Shown piece after piece: positions 1 to 9,619 of a stretch of DNA of 64,000 nucleotides. Source of the stretch: an uncultured Planctomycetia bacterium. GTDB taxonomy: Bacteria > Omnitrophota > Gorgyraeia > 2-02-FULL-51-18. The first letter of the stretch is position 1; each line of letters begins with the position of its first letter. The position numbers and the translations under genes are program-made. The notes beneath the pieces are model-generated. The model was not told the origin of the DNA. It saw nothing but the letters and a program-made list of their open reading frames with translations, and did not search any database. The stretch lies in the NCBI GenBank assembly GCA_964642015.1, contig CAZXLF010000008.1, positions 18,705 to 82,704 of the forward strand, written 5' to 3'.

Positions 1-789
1 TTTGCCCTGCGGACGAAAATAGAAATTATGGCTCAGATCCCACACAAACGGCCACGAAGCGTTGAATGGATAGAATTTTTTTGCAAGTAAAAGATGCCGG
101 CGATACGCTTTGAGTGATATGGGTGTTGCTTTTGCTTTTTGTGCTACCGAGCCGGCCCACGCACCGGCAGCATTAACGATGCGTTTGGCTATAAAAAATT
201 TATTCCCTGCTCTTACATGAAAATAACCGTTCTTTTTCTCAATAGACCCAAGCGTATGACCCATCAGTACTTTCACGTGATATCGCTTTAAAGCTTGGTA
301 GAAACCACGGATCAACGAATTCACATCGACCATCGCATCGCTTTTGCAAAAAATAGCTTCTTTAAAATCACCGTTTTTAAGAAGAGGCACAAACTGTTCG
401 GCTTTCTGGCGCGAAAACCGCCGACAGGATAACCCCTCCTTTTTTAAAATGGCTTCTGTTTTTCTTAATTCATTAATCTCTCCATCTTTGGCCAGCAAAA
501 GCGAACCGTGAGGATCGAGCGCGGCGCCCTTCCATCCATTTTTACCGCATTGACTCAAAAAATTACGGCCTTCATGAGCTAATTTAGCCAGGACCGGATC
601 CGAGATCGCCTGTCGGATCATGCCGGCATTTCTTCCTGATGCATGACCGCCAAGCTTATGCTCATGCTCTATCACCACAGTATTCTTCTGTCCTTTCTTC
701 GCTAAATGATATGCCGTTGAAAGACCAGCGAATCCGCCGCCGATGATCAGTGTATCGACTAAGATCTTGCTGTTATTATTTCTTCGCAT
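1..789 (-). CDS. FAD-dependent oxidoreductase (D-amino-acid oxidase / glycine oxidase-like), C-terminus truncated by the window edge
   Basis: Reverse translation from the ATG whose complement lies at 787-789 is open to position 1. The N-terminus reads MRRNNNSKILVDTLIIGGGFAGLSTAYHLAKKG, a GxGxxG Rossmann motif, followed by HEHKLGGHASGRNAGMI, which is typical of this family. It was not in the ORF track because it is truncated; it overlaps the apgM stop by 14 nt. Confidence 0.55.
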   Translation of the reverse strand, partial: MRRNNNSKILVDTLIIGGGFAGLSTAYHLAKKGQKNTVVIEHEHKLGGHASGRNAGMIRQAISDPVLAKLAHEGRNFLSQCGKNGWKGAALDPHGSLLLAKDGEINELRKTEAILKKEGLSCRRFSRQKAEQFVPLLKNGDFKEAIFCKSDAMVDVNSLIRGFYQALKRYHVKVLMGHTLGSIEKKNGYFHVRAGNKFFIAKRIVNAAGAWAGSVAQKAKATPISLKAYRRHLLLAKKFYPFNASWPFVWDLSHNFYFRPQGK

Positions 790-2005
790 GCGATCCGTCG
801 CCTTTAATAAAAAAATCCATCAGTTCATGGCCTCGCTCAACAAGCCGGCCGGATGAACTCGCTGTCCTCTCACAGAATTTTTTAGGACCTTTTTTGTCAT
901 GCTTGGAATCATAGATCAAAAAAGGCACCGCATCGCTCGCATGCGTGCGAGTGCTGACACATGTGTAATGATCGGGCAAAATCATGATTTTATAATCTTC
1001 AAATTCCGAAAGCCCTTTTCTGAGCGTCCCGAGCACCAAACGATCAACATCCTCGATCGCTTTGATCTTAAGTTTTGGGTCTCCGATATGCGCCGCCTCG
1101 TCCGTGGACTCGACATGGATCACGACAAAGTCGCGGCTTCTCAGTGCATTGACCGCATACTCTGCTTTTCCTACGTAATTCGTATCAAAATAGCCTGTCA
1201 CGCCCGGAACGCGGATCACATCGAGCCCCGCATAGATCGCGATCCCTTTCACTAGATCTACCGCGGTGATCACGGCGCCGTGAAATCCATAACGCTTGAA
1301 ATAAGATGGAAAAGTCGGCGAATGCCCCTGGCCCCAAAGCCAGATCATGCTTGATTCACCTTTTCCATCACGCAAACGTTTTTGATTCACCGGATGATCT
1401 TTGAATAATTCACGTGAATCAGCCATCAGATCCAGTAATAATTTCGCGTCCTTGCCCTTAGGTAGAAATTTTTGATACTCCTGCCCCATGATGTCATGTG
1501 GAGGCGCGCAAACGATCTTATCCATACAGTGCGCTTCATCTTTGCAGATCATCAGATTTCGATAACCAGTGCCCTTTCCGGGATAAAACCGAAGCCGATG
1601 ATTATATTTTTTAAGGAGTTTATCATTCAGGAACTCCAAAAGCGTTTTAGCTTCGCCGAGACTGATATGATCGGCGCTGAAATCTTTAAGAAATTTTCCT
1701 TCGAGCGTGACGAGATTGCAGCGGAACGCTATTTCTTTTTGACTTAATTCTAAGCCATGCTCAGCCGCTTCAAGCGGGCCGCGGCCCGTAAAATATTTGG
1801 ACGGATCATAACCAAAAACGCTCATGCAGCCGATGTCGGTGCCGGGAACAAATCCGCGGGGGATGTTACGGCTTAAGCCGACGATGCCGTGGGCGGCAAA
1901 GTGATCCATATTCGGTGTTGACGCTGCTTCCAAAGGAGTGCGTCCATCCAAAGCATCCACCGGCCTGTCACCCATTCCATCAGGAATGACGACAACGTAC
2001 TTCAT
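776..2005 (-). CDS. apgM: 2,3-bisphosphoglycerate-independent phosphoglycerate mutase, archaeal-type (ApgM family)
   Basis: 409 aa. The N-terminus MKYVVVIPDGMGD and overall length match the cofactor-independent ApgM / metalloenzyme superfamily. Confidence 0.75.
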   Translation of the reverse strand: MKYVVVIPDGMGDRPVDALDGRTPLEAASTPNMDHFAAHGIVGLSRNIPRGFVPGTDIGCMSVFGYDPSKYFTGRGPLEAAEHGLELSQKEIAFRCNLVTLEGKFLKDFSADHISLGEAKTLLEFLNDKLLKKYNHRLRFYPGKGTGYRNLMICKDEAHCMDKIVCAPPHDIMGQEYQKFLPKGKDAKLLLDLMADSRELFKDHPVNQKRLRDGKGESSMIWLWGQGHSPTFPSYFKRYGFHGAVITAVDLVKGIAIYAGLDVIRVPGVTGYFDTNYVGKAEYAVNALRSRDFVVIHVESTDEAAHIGDPKLKIKAIEDVDRLVLGTLRKGLSEFEDYKIMILPDHYTCVSTRTHASDAVPFLIYDSKHDKKGPKKFCERTASSSGRLVERGHELMDFFIKGDGSHAKK

Positions 2006-2008
2006 AGA

Positions 2009-2977
2009 TCAGCTCACTAAGGCTTCGAGTTCTTTCAGCAAGAGCTCTTTTTCTTTTTCGGAATTGCGGATCACACAGCCGGCGGAATTATGATGTCCTC
2101 CGCCGCCAAAATTTCTGGCCACATTCGCTACATTAATCCCATATTTGGACCTGAGACTGACCCTGAACATTTTCCTTTCGGTTTCTCTGAAAACTGTAGC
2201 TATTTTAACACCTTCGATAGAGCGTAGGTCATCGGCGACTGCGTCGACATCGGAAATGTGCGCACCAAAACGCTTAAAATCTTTTTGATATACCGTGGAC
2301 CATGCCACAACGCCATTTATCGAAAAATCCGCGTTCATGATCGCATATCCTGAGAGTTTTGCTACCGAACGGCTCTTTTTCCAGTAAGATTCCTCTATCA
2401 AATGTTGAAGATCGACGCCCTTTCTCAGAAGCCGGCTGCAAATATCAAATGTCTTTGAGCGGATATTGGTAAATCTGAAAGAGCCCGTGTCCACGATAAT
2501 CGAGGTCAATAAACACGTTGCGATCGCCGGCGTGATCTCGACTTTAAGGGCTTTGATCAACTCATAGACAATTTCGCCGACCGCAGCAGCGTCTTCTTCC
2601 AGCACCTGGATCTTGCCAAATGAATTCCCAAAATCATGGTGATCAACTTGCACGGTGATTTTGGAACGGAAAAACGCCGTACGCAGCGCACCCAATTGTT
2701 TGACGCTCCCGCAATCCACTGCAATCGACACGTCCGCGGTTTCATGCGTGTCAGACATAATAAGCTCGCTGCCGGGAAGAAACTGAAAACGTGTCGGCAC
2801 GCCGTCCTGGCTCAAAAGGATCACTTGCTTGCCCATCAGAATAAGCGTGTGGCCAAGCGCTAAAAGACAGCCAATGGTGTCTCCATCAGGATTGACATGG
2901 GAAGCTACGATAATCTTCTTTGCTTTACGTATCGCTTGGATGGTTTTTGAAATATTTTGGTATAAACCAGTCTTCAT
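2009..2977 (-). CDS. nrnA: DHH-family phosphoesterase, NrnA-like oligoribonuclease / pAp phosphatase
   Basis: 322 aa. It carries the DHH-region motifs ASHVNPDGDTIG and VDHH, and a C-terminal DHHA1 motif GGGGHHNSAG. Confidence 0.8.
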   Translation of the reverse strand: MKTGLYQNISKTIQAIRKAKKIIVASHVNPDGDTIGCLLALGHTLILMGKQVILLSQDGVPTRFQFLPGSELIMSDTHETADVSIAVDCGSVKQLGALRTAFFRSKITVQVDHHDFGNSFGKIQVLEEDAAAVGEIVYELIKALKVEITPAIATCLLTSIIVDTGSFRFTNIRSKTFDICSRLLRKGVDLQHLIEESYWKKSRSVAKLSGYAIMNADFSINGVVAWSTVYQKDFKRFGAHISDVDAVADDLRSIEGVKIATVFRETERKMFRVSLRSKYGINVANVARNFGGGGHHNSAGCVIRNSEKEKELLLKELEALVS

Positions 2978-3065
2978 TTTCTATAACTTATTTAAAATAA
3001 ACAACTTATAAATACCCTTAATAAGTAGGGACTACGGTTCCTTTATCGGATGTGATTGTAGCTTT

Positions 3066-3094
3066 AAGATACCAAATGGCTAGATTGAAATCAA
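3066..3094 (-). promoter_or_regulatory. candidate sigma70-like promoter for nrnA-apgM
   Basis: The minus strand reads TTGATT, then 17 nt, then TATCTT in the 113 nt gap upstream of nrnA. The -35 element overlaps the tfoX stop codon. Confidence 0.25.
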
Positions 3095-3453
3095 GAATTA
3101 CGACGTCGAGAAACTTTACGTTTCTTGGACTGTAAACTAACTTTACAAGACTGATCGATCCACTGCTCCAATTCATCTCTATTCTCAATTACATTTGCGG
3201 GAACTTCCCAGTAAGACATTGTCACCTTTTTACGGCCGGCGGCTACATAAGTGAACGGTGAGCTGCCGGAATCCTCATAGTCTTTTCGATTCCGGTCTCC
3301 TGCCTTAAAATACAGTTGATCGTCCGCAATGATGCCGAATACAACGCCGTTCTTGTAAAGTCCCCAGCCTCCGAACATTGCCTTCGACTCGATCCCGCGA
3401 ATGTGGCCCATAAGATCGTGGACCACATAATCATGAAAAGCATGCTTGCCCAT
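3091..3453 (-). CDS. TfoX N-terminal domain protein
   Basis: 120 aa. The motif MFGGWGLYKNGVVFGIIADDQLYFKA matches the TfoX/Sxy N-terminal domain signature. Confidence 0.65.
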   Translation of the reverse strand: MGKHAFHDYVVHDLMGHIRGIESKAMFGGWGLYKNGVVFGIIADDQLYFKAGDRNRKDYEDSGSSPFTYVAAGRKKVTMSYWEVPANVIENRDELEQWIDQSCKVSLQSKKRKVSRRRNS

Positions 3454-3465
3454 AGAATAATAAAA

Positions 3466-4077
3466 CTACTTTTCCAGATCTTTTAGTACTTCCGCTATTT
3501 TTTTGGATTGAAAATGAATATCGCAGTAGCCGTTAGGATTTTTCTGCAGATACTTCTGATGATATTCTTCGGCGGCGTAAAATTCGTCCGCCGGTTCAAC
3601 TTCGGTCACGATCCTATCTTTGAAAACTTTTGCTTTGATTAAAAGCTCTATTGCCTTTTTGGCGACTTTCTCTTGAACCGGATCATGATAAAAAATGGCT
3701 GATCGGTATTGGGTGCCGATATCATTTCCCTGACGGTTAAGTGTGGTGGGATTGTGATAACTGAAAAAGATCTCAAGCAACTTCGGATAGCTAAGCTTTG
3801 AGGGATCATAAGTGATCTCGATCGCCTCTGCATGGCCGGTGATCCCAGTGCAAACGATCTCGTAGCTAGGATTCTTCACATTGCCGCCGGTGTAACCTAC
3901 ACGAGTCGATACGACTCCGTCAAACTCTGAAAAAAGCTTTTCCATTCCCCAAAAACAGCCGCCCGCAAATGTCGCTTTTTCAGTTTTCATCGGTTCAGCC
4001 TCCGCCGCGTTTGCAAAAGGTTGGATCAAAAGCAATGCTGTAAAAATAATTACTACGTGTTTCATTTGAATATCCAA
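3466..4077 (-). CDS. msrA: peptide-methionine (S)-S-oxide reductase MsrA, secreted
   Basis: 203 aa. An N-terminal signal peptide ([18 protein letters not shown]) is followed by the MsrA active-site motif GGCFWG. Confidence 0.9.
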   Translation of the reverse strand: MDIQMKHVVIIFTALLLIQPFANAAEAEPMKTEKATFAGGCFWGMEKLFSEFDGVVSTRVGYTGGNVKNPSYEIVCTGITGHAEAIEITYDPSKLSYPKLLEIFFSYHNPTTLNRQGNDIGTQYRSAIFYHDPVQEKVAKKAIELLIKAKVFKDRIVTEVEPADEFYAAEEYHQKYLQKNPNGYCDIHFQSKKIAEVLKDLEK

Positions 4078-4080
4078 GCA

Positions 4081-5010
4081 TTATTTTACCACGGTACTAT
4101 ACTTCTCGCAGATCTTGTAGAAATTGCAATAACCGCAAAGCTTTGTGTTTTCAGTGAACGAAAATATATCTCTGGGCTTCGGAATATTTTTGACCGGATC
4201 TACAAGAAGCTCTCGCATCTGATGGATGCTGTCAGAGATCGTTGCTGTTGTGCTTTTTATCAATGCTTCATTAACAGTCTGCTCATTCGCGACCGGTAAT
4301 GGGCTTGCTAAATTAAAGAGAAATGCACGTACATCCGAGACTGGGACATTCCATTTTCTCATCGCATACATCGCATAGGCACCGATCTGCACTGCAGCGC
4401 CTTCGCTGTCATTTTTGCCCGTTTTCCAATCATAGATCTCGACCTTGCCTTTTTTCATCCTTGCAAAATCAAGTTTGACAAAGATCTTCGCTTTTTCAAA
4501 CTCGAATTCTTCCAGATCCTCGATCAAAAGCCATGACTTTTTATCATCAGCTTTTAATTCTTCGTAAAGGCTTGAGCCATAGAAATTTTTAAGGCACTCT
4601 GCCGAGCTGTCATGAAATTCTTTCCAGGTTTCGTCGGATATCGATTTTTCATATTCGTGTTCAAAAAGACCCAGATTATTCTTCGGATCGTCCCAATGTT
4701 TCTTGGCTTTGGAAGATTTATAGTTGGTCCGCATGATCTCGGTCAGACGCGCAAGTGCCGTGTCGAGAGGGACAGGCTGGCCGTTCCTTAACGATTTAAG
4801 CACGTCTTCGATCACATGATGGACGGTTTCGCCTTTCCAGGCCCATCGGTTCTTCAGATTTTTCAAAACATATGCCATCCGCGCCTCTTTCGGAGCGTTC
4901 TTATCCCATCCTCCCCAAGAAGCATAACGGTCATAAAAATATTTCCGCCGGCATTCGCGGAACTCTTCGTCCCTTGATTTAGACCATGAAAAAATATTTT
5001 CTAACGCCAC
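4081..5010 (-). CDS. PD-(D/E)XK nuclease family protein, Cas4/RecB-like with a 4-Cys cluster
   Basis: 309 aa. One N-terminal Cys (FRECRRKY) plus a C-terminal CGYCNFYKIC gives the C...CxxCx5C pattern of Cas4-like Fe-S nucleases. The nuclease motif reads KLDFA...GKVEIYDWKTGK, i.e. D...ExK followed by TG. No CRISPR array or other cas genes are nearby. Confidence 0.55.
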   Translation of the reverse strand: MALENIFSWSKSRDEEFRECRRKYFYDRYASWGGWDKNAPKEARMAYVLKNLKNRWAWKGETVHHVIEDVLKSLRNGQPVPLDTALARLTEIMRTNYKSSKAKKHWDDPKNNLGLFEHEYEKSISDETWKEFHDSSAECLKNFYGSSLYEELKADDKKSWLLIEDLEEFEFEKAKIFVKLDFARMKKGKVEIYDWKTGKNDSEGAAVQIGAYAMYAMRKWNVPVSDVRAFLFNLASPLPVANEQTVNEALIKSTTATISDSIHQMRELLVDPVKNIPKPRDIFSFTENTKLCGYCNFYKICEKYSTVVK

Positions 5011-5016
5011 GAAAAA

Positions 5017-5289
5017 TTATTTGCGGGAATTGGGTTTGTCGAGAGGGACCGCGTCCGACAATGCGTTGCCGAACATGGCCGCCGTACCGGCAAGGCCTGA
5101 ACGTTCAGCTTCTTTTTGCCAAAAACCTTTTTCGGTTTTGGCGGGAGGATTTTTTCTTTTTTCTCTCTGCTCTTTTTTATACTCTTTCAATTTTTCATAT
5201 TCCGGAGTACCCGGTTGAGATGCCAAAACTAGACTAGAAACGTTCAGGAACAATATCATCATTAAAAAAAATGTATAAAACTTCTTCAT
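5017..5289 (-). CDS. small secreted hypothetical protein, Lys/Glu-rich
   Basis: The ORF 5017-5403 overlaps the DJ-1 gene. The internal start MKKFYTFFLMMILFLNVSSLVLA gives a clean signal peptide and a non-overlapping 90 aa product. Confidence 0.4.
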   Translation of the reverse strand: MKKFYTFFLMMILFLNVSSLVLASQPGTPEYEKLKEYKKEQREKRKNPPAKTEKGFWQKEAERSGLAGTAAMFGNALSDAVPLDKPNSRK

Positions 5290-5302
5290 GAAACTCTCCT
5301 TT

Positions 5303-5854
5303 TTACTTAACGACCATCTTTTGAGATAATTGCTCGGCTTTTTCCGCGCTGACAAGCTGACTGACAAGTTCGAGCGAAAATTCCATAGCGCTTCCCGGTC
5401 CACGGCTCGTGATGACCTGAGCGTCCGACACGACGCGCTCCGGCAGGAATTTTACTTTCGGGCCGAGATCATTCTCATAACCAGGAAAGCAGGTTGCTTT
5501 TCTGCCATCCAGAAGACCGTTAGGAGCCAAAACCACAGCCGGCGCCGCACAAATCGCTCCAATGATTTTTCCCGATCTCTTCATTTTCTGCAAGAGATCT
5601 TTCAGTGCCTCGGATTTATTTAAATTCTCTGCTCCGGGCATCCCGCCAGGCAAGATCACGGCATCCGGAGTTCCCTGATATTGCTCGATCATCAGATCTG
5701 TTTCAACCGTGATGTCATGCGCGCCGATGATCTCGCGCTTTCCCACTCCGGCGACGATCACCTCAATACCAGCACGGCGCAGCACATCGATCGGCGTAAT
5801 CGCTTCGATCTCCTCAAATCCATCGGCCAAAACGATCAAAGCGGTTTTTTTCAT
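5303..5854 (-). CDS. DJ-1/PfpI (ThiJ) family protein
   Basis: 183 aa. The motifs LIVLADGFEEIE, GGMPGAENL and IGAICAAP (the Cys nucleophile elbow) are characteristic of the family. Confidence 0.85.
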   Translation of the reverse strand: MKKTALIVLADGFEEIEAITPIDVLRRAGIEVIVAGVGKREIIGAHDITVETDLMIEQYQGTPDAVILPGGMPGAENLNKSEALKDLLQKMKRSGKIIGAICAAPAVVLAPNGLLDGRKATCFPGYENDLGPKVKFLPERVVSDAQVITSRGPGSAMEFSLELVSQLVSAEKAEQLSQKMVVK

Positions 5855-5858
5855 AGAA

Positions 5859-7718
5859 TTATTTCACGATCCCGGTTTCAAGCCACTGATATTTACCTTC
5901 CAGCATCTTCCGGCCTATCCCGTAGATCATTTTATCATCATTTTGTCGTTGAGACTTGAATTCTCTTTGGATACGAAGCGTAGCTTCTTTACAGAAAAGA
6001 TCCGCAAGCTCCTCAGGCCCTCTATCCGAAGGATTCTCATTCGTAAGATATGCCGCCCGCGAACAGGCCGCCGCCATCGAAAAAAGATCGGTACCAATAT
6101 TCACGAACCGCGCCAGGATCTGCTGGTGCTTTTCAAGACCTTGCTGATAGACCGCCATGGCCATAAAAAGCTCCCGGGCCAGACGATGGCTGGTCTTCTC
6201 GATGAAAGAAATATGTTTTTTGATCGTCGGAGAAACTTTGGCGTAATTTTTCCAGCGCCTGAGATACACCCATTGCCTGGGATACCAGATCGCGTAATGG
6301 CCGAAAAATTCGAATGCCTTTTTTATCTTTTCACCAAACGGCGTCTTCGAGCTGATCATCGGAAGAATGCGCCTCAGATGCGGGTCCATCGCTTCACGCG
6401 CGATAAAAAGATGCATGATCTCACTGGTGCCTTCAATGATCAGATTGATCCGCGCATCCCTCATAAAACGTTCAACAGGGATCGGTTCCTCTCCTCTTCC
6501 CCGCAGCGAATCGGCCGTCTCATATCCTCTTCCGCCGCGGATCTGGACCGAATCATCCGCAATGCGCCAGGAAGCCTCCGTGCAAAAAAGCTTTGCCATC
6601 GCCGCTTCGAGACGCACATCCACTTTTCCACCGTCCACCATCGCGGATGCAAGCCACGTCACGCTGTCCATCGCGAAAGTCGTTGCGGTCATCATTGAAA
6701 TTTTGGAAGTGACAGCCTCATGATGGCCGATCGGGGCTCCCCACTGAACTCGCTTGTTTGACCAGTCTCTCGCGATCAACAGTGATTTTTTTGCCATGGC
6801 GGTACAAGCGGCGGGAACGGTCAACCGTCCCGTATTCAAAGTGACAAGAGCCAGTTTCAAACCCTGACCCAAACCCCAGATGATATTTTCCTTGGGCACT
6901 TTGACATCATGGAATCTTAAAAGTCCGTTTTGGATTCCTTTCAGTCCCATGAAACTGCATCGATGCACGACCTGGAATCCCGGCATATTCTTTTCTACGA
7001 TAAAAGCGGTGATTTGTGACCTTTCTTTGCCATTTACGACCTTGGGTGGAGTTTTCGCCATGACGACCAGAATGTCCGCGATCGTGCCGTTCGTGCACCA
7101 GAGTTTTTCACCATTGATCAAATAATAGTCGCCGTTTTCTATTGGCATCGCGGTCGTAGACATATTGGCCGGATCGGAACCGACACCGGGTTCCGTAAGA
7201 GCGAACGCGGAAACAGCGCCCTTTGCGAATTGGGGGAGGTATTTTTTCTTTTGTTCAGGCGTACCGAATAATTTTAAAGGCTGAGGCACGCCGATGCTTT
7301 GATGCGCGGACAATAATACCGCCGTAGAACCGCAATGGCTTGCGACCATAGCGATCGCACGATTGTAATTGATCTGCGAAAAACCAAGACCGCCGTACTC
7401 TTTTGGGATCTTTAAACCAAAACATCCGAGGTCGGCCAAACCTTTCATCACCGAATCAGGGATCAGACCTGTCCGGTCGATCGCATCGGCATCGACGTTC
7501 GACTTTAAAAATGCTTCGAGTTTTTTCAGGAACTCATCGCCGATCTTCTTATCCGTGGCTTCCTGCTCAGGAAAAGGAAAAATAAGATCCCAGCGGACTT
7601 TCCCGGTAAAAAGATCGCCTACAAAGCTGGGATATTTCCAGGATTCCTCGCGGGCTGCTTCGGCAACTTCTAGCGATTTAGCCTTTTGTTCGTTCTCCTT
7701 ACCTTTTAGCAGTTCCAT
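5859..7718 (-). CDS. acyl-CoA dehydrogenase family protein (long form)
   Basis: 619 aa. The ACAD-type motifs FALTEPGVGSDPANM, YLINGEKLWCTNG and GGRGYE are present, and there is an extended C-terminus. Confidence 0.85.
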   Translation of the reverse strand: MELLKGKENEQKAKSLEVAEAAREESWKYPSFVGDLFTGKVRWDLIFPFPEQEATDKKIGDEFLKKLEAFLKSNVDADAIDRTGLIPDSVMKGLADLGCFGLKIPKEYGGLGFSQINYNRAIAMVASHCGSTAVLLSAHQSIGVPQPLKLFGTPEQKKKYLPQFAKGAVSAFALTEPGVGSDPANMSTTAMPIENGDYYLINGEKLWCTNGTIADILVVMAKTPPKVVNGKERSQITAFIVEKNMPGFQVVHRCSFMGLKGIQNGLLRFHDVKVPKENIIWGLGQGLKLALVTLNTGRLTVPAACTAMAKKSLLIARDWSNKRVQWGAPIGHHEAVTSKISMMTATTFAMDSVTWLASAMVDGGKVDVRLEAAMAKLFCTEASWRIADDSVQIRGGRGYETADSLRGRGEEPIPVERFMRDARINLIIEGTSEIMHLFIAREAMDPHLRRILPMISSKTPFGEKIKKAFEFFGHYAIWYPRQWVYLRRWKNYAKVSPTIKKHISFIEKTSHRLARELFMAMAVYQQGLEKHQQILARFVNIGTDLFSMAAACSRAAYLTNENPSDRGPEELADLFCKEATLRIQREFKSQRQNDDKMIYGIGRKMLEGKYQWLETGIVK

Positions 7719-7769
7719 AAATTCTCCGGTTTTTATAAGAATGCTTTATCTTGATAAAGAATAGTTAAA

Positions 7770-7780
7770 ATTATAGCACA
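7770..7780 (-). promoter_or_regulatory. candidate extended -10 promoter for the acyl-CoA dehydrogenase gene
   Basis: The minus strand reads gTGcTATAAT (TGnTATAAT) in the 75 nt AT-rich gap between the rlmD stop (7794) and the ACAD start (7718). Confidence 0.35.
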
Positions 7781-7793
7781 AAAAAATTTATTT

Positions 7794-8978
7794 TTATACA
7801 ACCGAAGCGGATTTTTTCTTTAGAAGCACCGCAATCTCGATATGCTTTGTCCGCGGGAACATATCGAATGGCGCAACGCATTCAAATTCATAGCAGCCTT
7901 TAGTCAAAATAATCTTGAGGTCTCTGACCAGTGTCAGAGGATCGCACGACAAATAGATCAAATATTCGGGCACAGCTTCACCGGAAAAATAATTGGCCAG
8001 TGAGAGATCGATCCCCTGCCTTGGCGGGTCCAAGAAAATAAGCGATTTACTATTTTTTTCCTTTTCAAATACGGATCGGAACGCCTTCTCGACGCGGCCC
8101 GATATGATCTCCATGTGCGTCAGCTTTCTTTCCTCTTTATTCATCCGCAACGCATGAATGCTGTAAGGATTTTCTTCGATACAATAGATCTTAATGGCAC
8201 TTGTAGCCGAAAGAATGCTGAAAGTGCCGACGCCGGCATAAAGGTCAAAAAACGTGTGACATGCCGAACGATCGATCCATTCGCGCATTTTTTTTACCAG
8301 AAGTTCCGAAACCTTAAGATTATTCTGAAAAAATCCTCTGGAATGTGTTAAAAGCAGCTCATTCCCGATCCTGATCCTCAAGAAAGTGTCATCCTGGTCT
8401 GAAAATATCTCTCCTTTTTCGGAAAGTTTAAAACTGATCTTCTCAAGATTCTTTTTCATTTTCCATTTTTTTTGATAAAGAAGTGCGAAGCGAGGATCTG
8501 CTATCTGACAATCTTTAATAACGACCTTGGATATATTATCTCGACCGATAAATCCCAGTCTTTGCAGCTCTTTGTCATTCGGTACAGTGCGGTGCAGTGT
8601 GATGCCGTTACGGTATCTATAGTCTTGGTCTGAATAAACGATGGATTGGATCAAAGACGGGTCAACGTTAAGAGATCTCTGGAATATTTCTTTGATCTGT
8701 GCTTCCTTCAGCTTCAATTCCTCGGAATAGATCACATGCTGATATTGGCATCCGCCGCAGTAGGCGATATGAACGCAGGGCGGATCAATGCGGAATGGGG
8801 AACGCTGAAGAATTTTTGCCGTCTTCGTTTTAAGAAAGTTTTTCTTATCTTGAAGAACCTCGGCAATGACCTTCTCACCGGGAAGCGCGCCTTCCACAAA
8901 ACAGGTTTTACCGTTTACGGTGCTTAAACCGTCCCCGCCGAAAGCAATTTTATCAATCAGCAGTTCAATAGATTTCAA
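7794..8978 (-). CDS. rlmD: 23S rRNA (uracil-5)-methyltransferase, RlmD/RumA family
   Basis: 394 aa. It has an N-terminal TRAM-like region, a Cys cluster (CVHIAYCGGCQYQH), a SAM motif FDLYAGVGTFS, and the motifs DPPRQG and YLSCDP. Confidence 0.85.
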   Translation of the reverse strand: MKSIELLIDKIAFGGDGLSTVNGKTCFVEGALPGEKVIAEVLQDKKNFLKTKTAKILQRSPFRIDPPCVHIAYCGGCQYQHVIYSEELKLKEAQIKEIFQRSLNVDPSLIQSIVYSDQDYRYRNGITLHRTVPNDKELQRLGFIGRDNISKVVIKDCQIADPRFALLYQKKWKMKKNLEKISFKLSEKGEIFSDQDDTFLRIRIGNELLLTHSRGFFQNNLKVSELLVKKMREWIDRSACHTFFDLYAGVGTFSILSATSAIKIYCIEENPYSIHALRMNKEERKLTHMEIISGRVEKAFRSVFEKEKNSKSLIFLDPPRQGIDLSLANYFSGEAVPEYLIYLSCDPLTLVRDLKIILTKGCYEFECVAPFDMFPRTKHIEIAVLLKKKSASVV

Positions 8979-9583
8979 CTCAAGGATTGCTTAAAGCTTG
9001 GGCGCGCTTGAATACGCTGGAACCAAGCGGTGAGGTTCTTCAAATCCTGCGGGATCCCACTCCCTACGATCGGCAGAGCCGCAATGTGCGGCGTAACCGC
9101 TACATCTGCAAGCGAATACTCTCCAAAAAGATACTCTTTACTATCGAGCATTTTGTCGAGTTCCTTTAGCCCTTCAAGCACTTCGGCTCTCTTTTTTTCC
9201 TTTACTTCCTCGCGCTGCTCGGGTTTTGGCTTAAGAATACACTCGATCACAAGGAGCCCGATGTTCAGCACAAGCTTTTTGTCGATCACTGCGACAAATT
9301 GACGTATCTCTTCTTTTTTTCGATCATCCTTCGGCATTAAAGCAAGCCCCGGATATTTTTGATCCAAATATTGATTGATCAAAAAAGCCTCCGACATATA
9401 AACATCGCCGTCGATGATCGCCGGAACCGTACCTTTCGGGCTGGCCTTTTTGAATTCGGGCGTTTCTTTTACCGATTTATCGGCGTGAACGTCGATCGGC
9501 TGATATGGAATGCTCTTTTCTGCCAGGACGATCTTCGTTTCTCTTGAATTTCCCGATCTTGGGAAACAATATAGTTTAATCAT
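8975..9583 (-). CDS. glutathione S-transferase family protein
   Basis: 202 aa. It has a thioredoxin-like N-terminus (KLYCFPRSGNS, VPAIIDGD) and the GST C-terminal helices. There is a 4 nt overlap with rlmD, suggesting translational coupling. Confidence 0.75.
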   Translation of the reverse strand: MIKLYCFPRSGNSRETKIVLAEKSIPYQPIDVHADKSVKETPEFKKASPKGTVPAIIDGDVYMSEAFLINQYLDQKYPGLALMPKDDRKKEEIRQFVAVIDKKLVLNIGLLVIECILKPKPEQREEVKEKKRAEVLEGLKELDKMLDSKEYLFGEYSLADVAVTPHIAALPIVGSGIPQDLKNLTAWFQRIQARPSFKQSLS

Positions 9584-9619
9584 ATGATTCTCTTTAATAT
9601 TTTCCGTTCAATTTTAAAT

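Noticed and set aside
4081-5010. A CRISPR-Cas locus suggested by the Cas4-like gene
   Set aside because: No direct-repeat/spacer array and no other cas genes are anywhere in the window.
5709-6698. A 329 aa plus-strand ORF, and other plus-strand ORFs of 60-230 aa, e.g. 10304-10999, 16155-16436 (Pro-rich) and 62181-62618
   Set aside because: All lie entirely antisense to well-supported minus-strand genes or the giant ORF. They have low-complexity or Arg/Ser/Pro-rich translations with no recognisable motifs. They are shadow ORFs.
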